Source: an uncultured Acidobacteriota bacterium
GTDB taxonomy: Bacteria > Acidobacteriota > JAQAZP01
Direction of reading: 5' to 3'
Assembly (NCBI GenBank): GCA_963836075.1
Contig: CAWIIB010000009.1
Span: forward strand, 2,272,001-2,336,000
DNA length: 64,000 bases
Below are positions 59,515 through 64,000 of this stretch, in pieces. Under the pieces are notes generated by a model. That model was not told the DNA's origin, made no database searches, and was given only the letters and a program-made list of their open reading frames with translations. Both the position numbers and the translations under genes were made by a program. Every line of letters starts with the position of its first letter. Position 1 is the stretch's first letter.

Positions 59515-61185
59515 TCAGCGTAAGGCCACCATCTGGTGCGCATCGCAGCATGGCTCCACCACCGCCAGCAGATCGTCCAGCAACCCCATGCCGTGGCGGC
59601 AGATGAAGGGCAGGCCGGAGAGCGCCCGTTCCTGCGGCTTTTCCTTCGGGCGCAGCGTGTTCAACGTACGCTCCAGGGCGTCGAAGGTGGTGCGTTCGCG
59701 GCGCTGCAATGCTGAGCGAACTTTTCTCTCCACCTTGTCCAGGCCTTTCAAACCGCCTCCGCGTATCTTGCCCACCGGGCCGGTCAGTGTCTTGTCCAGG
59801 GGAGTGAGCGCATCCTCCAGATCGTCGAGCAGCGCGCCCAGCCGGTGACGGGCCTGCTCCAGGGATTCGAACAGGCCGGGGTCAGCTGTCTCCCGGAGCA
59901 GGCGGGGGCGAAGTTCCTCGGAACGGAGCAGGGCGGCGGCCGGTTCAACTGCGTACTTTACCAGGAACCGTTCTGCCGCCTGATCGATGATGGTGAAGGA
60001 TGGCCGGTGGATCACTGCCGGGGCGCTCATCCCCACCACCGGGTAGAGAGCCGCCGACTGGGCCAGGTACGCCGTTTCGCCCGGGCCACCCACGTAGGCT
60101 GCAGTGGGGAAAAGGTGGTCCTGGAACAGGCAGCGGGTCAGGGCGCTGCCACTGAATCGCCACGGTTCCGCTTCCGCCAGCTCTGCCAGCCGTTCCCGGT
60201 CAATGGCCGGTCCCTGTAAACCGCCCAACACCAGGGGGGATTCCGCCTCACCCTGCCGCTGGCGAAGAATGGCCCGTCGCCGTCCCTCGTCGTCGATGAG
60301 AAAGAGCCCGGTACGGCCTTGCCGAGGAGCTACCTGCAGCGGGTATCCCCTGGTTTCCAGCAAGTCTTCCCGCTTGCTCAGTGCCAGCTCCAGCGGGAAT
60401 ATCTGCCGCAGGAAACGGTCCAGCAGCGGCCTGGTGAGGGATTTGATTTCGCGCTGGGAGGGATCGACCATGATCAACCCGTAACGGCCGAAAAGTCGTG
60501 ACATCAGCCGGCCGAATCCTTCCGCCAGGCTGCCCGATTTTTCGTAAGCCTCGAGGAACGGAGCCAGGGGTTCTGCTGCGCCCTGAAATCGGTCCCGCAG
60601 GACCCCCGCTACGTCCGCCAGGTCGCCGATGGTCCTGGCCGAAATGGGACGCCCGTCCTCCGTCTCGTTGTCGGGGAGCGTTGCCGTTTCGATATCTCCG
60701 CTGCCCGCGGTGAGATACGTAAATCGTTGGACCTCCCTGAAATCGTGATCATCGGCAGCGATCCAGAAGACCGGCACGGCGTCCACTCCGTTTTCGCTCA
60801 GATACCGCGCCGCCCGGATGGCTCCCAGCGCCTTGTACAAGGTGTAGAGCGGCCCGCCCAGAAAGCCGGCCTGCTGGCCGGTGACCACGGCCATGGTTCC
60901 CGGACTGGCCAACTTGCCAATGGCTTCCGCTGTTTCGTCCCCGCCCCCCAACTGTCGGTTCTGCTGGTGGAGGATCCGGGCCAGCTGGTCCCGCGGCGCC
61001 GCTTCTTCTCCCTCCTCCAGCGCCTGCCGGCGCGCCGCGGCCGCCCGGCACAGCTGGTCCGGAGTCCGGGCGGGGTGCGGGTAAATGGAGGGGAAGAGAT
61101 CGGGCCGGCCTTCGAGGAAATGGCGGGCCAGTTCCCCTGTTTCGGGATATCGACCCGGGGGCAGACTGCCGATGGTGGTGATCAT
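59515..61185 (-). CDS. bshC: Bacillithiol cysteine-adding enzyme
   Basis: 'VVTGQQAGFLGGPLYTLYK', 'FWIAADDHD', 'YVGGPGE.AY', 'PQER'. Confidence 0.93.
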   Translation of the reverse strand: MITTIGSLPPGRYPETGELARHFLEGRPDLFPSIYPHPARTPDQLCRAAAARRQALEEGEEAAPRDQLARILHQQNRQLGGGDETAEAIGKLASPGTMAVVTGQQAGFLGGPLYTLYKALGAIRAARYLSENGVDAVPVFWIAADDHDFREVQRFTYLTAGSGDIETATLPDNETEDGRPISARTIGDLADVAGVLRDRFQGAAEPLAPFLEAYEKSGSLAEGFGRLMSRLFGRYGLIMVDPSQREIKSLTRPLLDRFLRQIFPLELALSKREDLLETRGYPLQVAPRQGRTGLFLIDDEGRRRAILRQRQGEAESPLVLGGLQGPAIDRERLAELAEAEPWRFSGSALTRCLFQDHLFPTAAYVGGPGETAYLAQSAALYPVVGMSAPAVIHRPSFTIIDQAAERFLVKYAVEPAAALLRSEELRPRLLRETADPGLFESLEQARHRLGALLDDLEDALTPLDKTLTGPVGKIRGGGLKGLDKVERKVRSALQRRERTTFDALERTLNTLRPKEKPQERALSGLPFICRHGMGLLDDLLAVVEPCCDAHQMVALR

Positions 61186-61940
61186 GCGAATTCCTTGCGG
61201 CCGGTGAGAATCATCCTCGGCGCGGTGGGGCCATAGGCGGCTCCCGCGGCAAAATCGCCGTGCACGCCATCCAGGATCAGACCGGATCCGGCGATCATCC
61301 CGGCCATCTCGTCCCGGGTGTAGAGTCGCACCGACTCGCGATAGGTCTGCTCCCTGCCGCCGGGGGCCCTGATCAGTATATCCTTCTCCACCCGTCCGGT
61401 CTCCTCATCCACCCGCCGGCGTTGCCGCACGTCGCTGCCGTCGGGAAGGCTGGTGCGGCTCTCCGGCACCAGGGTGGCCCGCACCTGGTCCGGGTTGAGG
61501 TAGTCAACCAGGAATCGCCCGCCCGGCAGCAGCACCGAGGCGATGGCGTCGAGGATCAGCCGGTTCTCCTCGTCGGTGGAGAAGTAGCCGAAGCTGGTGA
61601 AAAAGTTGGTCACCAGGCCGAAGACCGGCCCGAAGGGCAGCCGGCGCATGTCGCACCGGGCCAGTTGGTACCCGTGGCCGGAAGAGGCCTCGTTGGTGCC
61701 GGCAGCCTGGGCCAGCAGCGCCGCCGAGAGGTCCACGCCCACCACCCGGAAGCCCTTCGCGGCCAGCAGGCGGGTGTGGCGCCCGGCCCCGCAGCAGAGG
61801 TCGAGAACCCGGGTGTCCCGGCCCAGGCCGTCCAGGGTCTGGAGCAGGAAATCCACCTGTCGCTCTGCCTCGGCGGAGTCGCGGTGCGGGTAGAGCCGGA
61901 TGTAGTCCAGCCCGAACCAGTTGGCATACCAGTCTTCCAT
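61182..61940 (-). CDS. Class I SAM methyltransferase, candidate N-methyl-bacillithiol synthase (NmbA-like)
   Basis: 'WYANWFG..Y..LYPHRD..EA', 'LDLCCGAGRH', 'FTSFGYF', 'ESVRLY'; stop overlaps the bshC start. Confidence 0.8.
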   Translation of the reverse strand: MEDWYANWFGLDYIRLYPHRDSAEAERQVDFLLQTLDGLGRDTRVLDLCCGAGRHTRLLAAKGFRVVGVDLSAALLAQAAGTNEASSGHGYQLARCDMRRLPFGPVFGLVTNFFTSFGYFSTDEENRLILDAIASVLLPGGRFLVDYLNPDQVRATLVPESRTSLPDGSDVRQRRRVDEETGRVEKDILIRAPGGREQTYRESVRLYTRDEMAGMIAGSGLILDGVHGDFAAGAAYGPTAPRMILTGRKEFA

Positions 61941-61987
61941 GAACAGGGTCTCCAGGTCAAACGTGAAAACCGCTGGCGCAACACCCA

Positions 61988-62039
61988 TTTATAGCACATA
62001 GACGGTTACCTTGACTCCCCCCCGGCAGGCCACTAGACT
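61988..62039. promoter_or_regulatory. Divergent promoters for the bsh operon (-) and the PPIase gene (+)
   Basis: Plus strand: TTGACT(62011)-N17-TAGACT(62034). Minus strand: TG-c-TATAAA at 61988-61996. Confidence 0.5.
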
Positions 62040-62111
62040 CGATCCTGTTCACCCACCGACCAGAGGTCATTGACCAGAACCGCCGGCATGATGATACGTC
62101 AGGAGAGGATC

Positions 62112-64000
62112 ATGGCCCTTCGCTATTCACCAGTGGAAATGTTCGCCCGGATCATACCGGTTCTCCTGCTGCTTGCGGCGGTTGGCTGCGGCAGCCCGCC
62201 GGGATCAGAAGAAAACGCTGACGGGGCGGCGGGGTTGACCACCCCACTGTTGGCCGAGATCTGCCGCTTCGAGGACCGCCGGACACCGGTGGCGGATCGT
62301 TTCGACGAGTTTGCCGCGCACCCCGACCCGGCGGTCAGGGCGCGGGCGGCCCTGGCCCTGGGGCGGATCGGCGACCCGCGGTCGGATCCGTTGATTCAGG
62401 CGCTGCTGGAAGACGAGGATTCCGGTGTGCGGGGCGAGGCGGCTTTTGCCGCCGGGCTGGCCGGTGACCCGGCCCTGGAACCGGCGCTCCGCCGACGGTT
62501 GGACGACGATGACCCGCAGGTCCGCGGCCTGGCGGTCCAGGCCCTGCTGCGGCTGGGCCCGGGGGATCAGGGCCCGGGTCCGCTGGCCGATCTGCTGCTG
62601 GAACGGGTGGGCGATGAGCCCGGTGATGAACTGCAGATGCTGCTGGGCAATGCCTGGCGTCTGGACGGTGATCACGGGTTGGACGATCTGCTGGTGGGGT
62701 GGGCCGCCAAACCGGCGGACGCCGGAGGGCGGCAACGGCTGGCGGCCATCTACAGCCTGGCCCGCAGCGGAGAACCGGCGGCCGCCCCGCTGTTCATCCG
62801 CCTGCTGGACGACGAGGATCCGGCGGTGCGGGCCCTGGCGGCCCGGGGCCTCGGGGCGGCCGGCGCCAGGGGTGTGGATCCGGCGGTGGCCGGTGCCGCG
62901 GTGGCCGGTGCTCTAGCTGGCGAGGACCACTGGCTTGTCCTGGTGGAAGGGTGGGGCGCCCTGGGCCGCCTCGGCTTTGCACCGAAAGCGGACGTGCACT
63001 GCCGGGCCATGGGCGACCGCCACCCCCAGGTCCAGACCGCCGCCATCCGGGCCGCCGGCTCGATGGCCGATGCGGGCGATGAGGTCCGGACGTGGCTGGC
63101 GGCCCTCCTCGGCGCGGACGAGCCGGGGGTGGCCCCGGATGCCGCCGAGGCCCTGGCCCGTCTGGGCGACCCCCGGGGCCTGCGCTGGGGATTGGAGGCC
63201 ACCCGATCACCGGAGCCGTTCAGGCGCGGGGATGCGGCAGCGGTGCTGGCCCACTTTGCCTCGGTTGACGGTGCTCGCGCCGCCCTGCGGTCGTTGCTGG
63301 GTGATGAGGCCGGGAGCGTTGTGCGCGCAGCGCTCACCGCGGTGGCCGGCGCCGGCCGCTCGGCAGATTTCCAGGAGGACATCACCCGGATCCTGATCGA
63401 GGGCCGCGATCCCCTGACGCGGGCGGCGGCGGCCGAAGCGCTGGGCGCCCTGGGGGATCCGGCGTCCTCGCTGCCCCTGCTCCTGGCGGCCGACCTGCGG
63501 GAGTCGAAGCAGAAAGCGGTCGATTGTCGCCTCTCCGTCCTGGGGCTGCTGGCCGGCCACCCGGACAACCCGGATGTGGTGCAGGCGGTGCAGCGGGGTC
63601 TGGAGGGACGGGACCGGCTGGTCCGGCAGCGGGCCGCCGAAATCCTGACCGGCTGGGGGCGGCGGGCGGAGATCCCCGCCGGGGTTTGCGAGGAACGGGG
63701 CAAGCCGCAACTGGACCGCTACCTCCGGGCGGCGGAACTGTATCACCGCCGAGTGAGGGCCCGGATCGACACCGCTCACGGGGCGATCATCCTGGATCTC
63801 TTCCCGAAGGAAGCGCCGCTCAACGTGCTCAACTTTCTCGAACTGGCCCGGGACGGGTATTTTGACGGCACACGGTTCCACCGGGTGGTGCCCGGGTTCG
63901 TGCTCCAGGGCGGCGATTCCCAGGGGGACGGGTGGGGCGGTCCGGGGTATGCCATCCGTTGCGAGAACAGCCGCCTGCAGTATGATCGCGGCATGGTGGG
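62112..64000 (+). CDS. Lipoprotein with HEAT repeats and C-terminal cyclophilin-type PPIase, 3'-truncated (absent from ORF track)
   Basis: AGGAGAGG RBS; hand translation MALRYSPVEMFARIIPVLLLLAAVGC (lipobox); HEAT 'DPAVRARAALALGRIG'; in-frame 'APLNVLNF..LARDGYFDGTRFHRVVPGFVLQGGD' near 63780-63930. Confidence 0.88.
   Translation, partial: MALRYSPVEMFARIIPVLLLLAAVGCGSPPGSEENADGAAGLTTPLLAEICRFEDRRTPVADRFDEFAAHPDPAVRARAALALGRIGDPRSDPLIQALLEDEDSGVRGEAAFAAGLAGDPALEPALRRRLDDDDPQVRGLAVQALLRLGPGDQGPGPLADLLLERVGDEPGDELQMLLGNAWRLDGDHGLDDLLVGWAAKPADAGGRQRLAAIYSLARSGEPAAAPLFIRLLDDEDPAVRALAARGLGAAGARGVDPAVAGAAVAGALAGEDHWLVLVEGWGALGRLGFAPKADVHCRAMGDRHPQVQTAAIRAAGSMADAGDEVRTWLAALLGADEPGVAPDAAEALARLGDPRGLRWGLEATRSPEPFRRGDAAAVLAHFASVDGARAALRSLLGDEAGSVVRAALTAVAGAGRSADFQEDITRILIEGRDPLTRAAAAEALGALGDPASSLPLLLAADLRESKQKAVDCRLSVLGLLAGHPDNPDVVQAVQRGLEGRDRLVRQRAAEILTGWGRRAEIPAGVCEERGKPQLDRYLRAAELYHRRVRARIDTAHGAIILDLFPKEAPLNVLNFLELARDGYFDGTRFHRVVPGFVLQGGDSQGDGWGGPGYAIRCENSRLQYDRGMV

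Overview
This GC-rich bacterial window comes from a diderm organism (Omp85 and Wza-like genes; the gene mix suggests an Acidobacteriota-like anaerobe, which is inference only). It holds about 45 CDSs and no rRNA, intact tRNA, CRISPR array or transposase that I could find. Housekeeping and metabolic genes include an Omp85/BamA-type gene (partial), a NatAB-like ABC exporter, KtrAB, TldD/PmbA, alr, iorAB, fabD, a single-chain fungal-type homoaconitase, a hybrid sensor kinase, and a methyltransferase-bshC-bshB1-bshA-yigZ bacillithiol operon. Surface-related genes include a Wzx-type glycan operon with a frameshifted GT2, two GT-C-like membrane glycosyltransferases (one with TPRs), a Wza-like exporter, and a sulfotransferase/aminotransferase pair. 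The strongest novel signal is a roughly 120-aa, Cys-bracketed C-terminal domain (ending ...TPxPYNQPPYxxAGxT...CxVxGxAP). It occurs on three unrelated signal-peptide-bearing proteins: a C45-like Ntn hydrolase, a matrixin-like metalloprotease and a 14-repeat FG-GAP protein. This pattern suggests an undescribed lineage-specific C-terminal sorting or anchoring system. All calls come from motif recognition by eye; no database searches were run.
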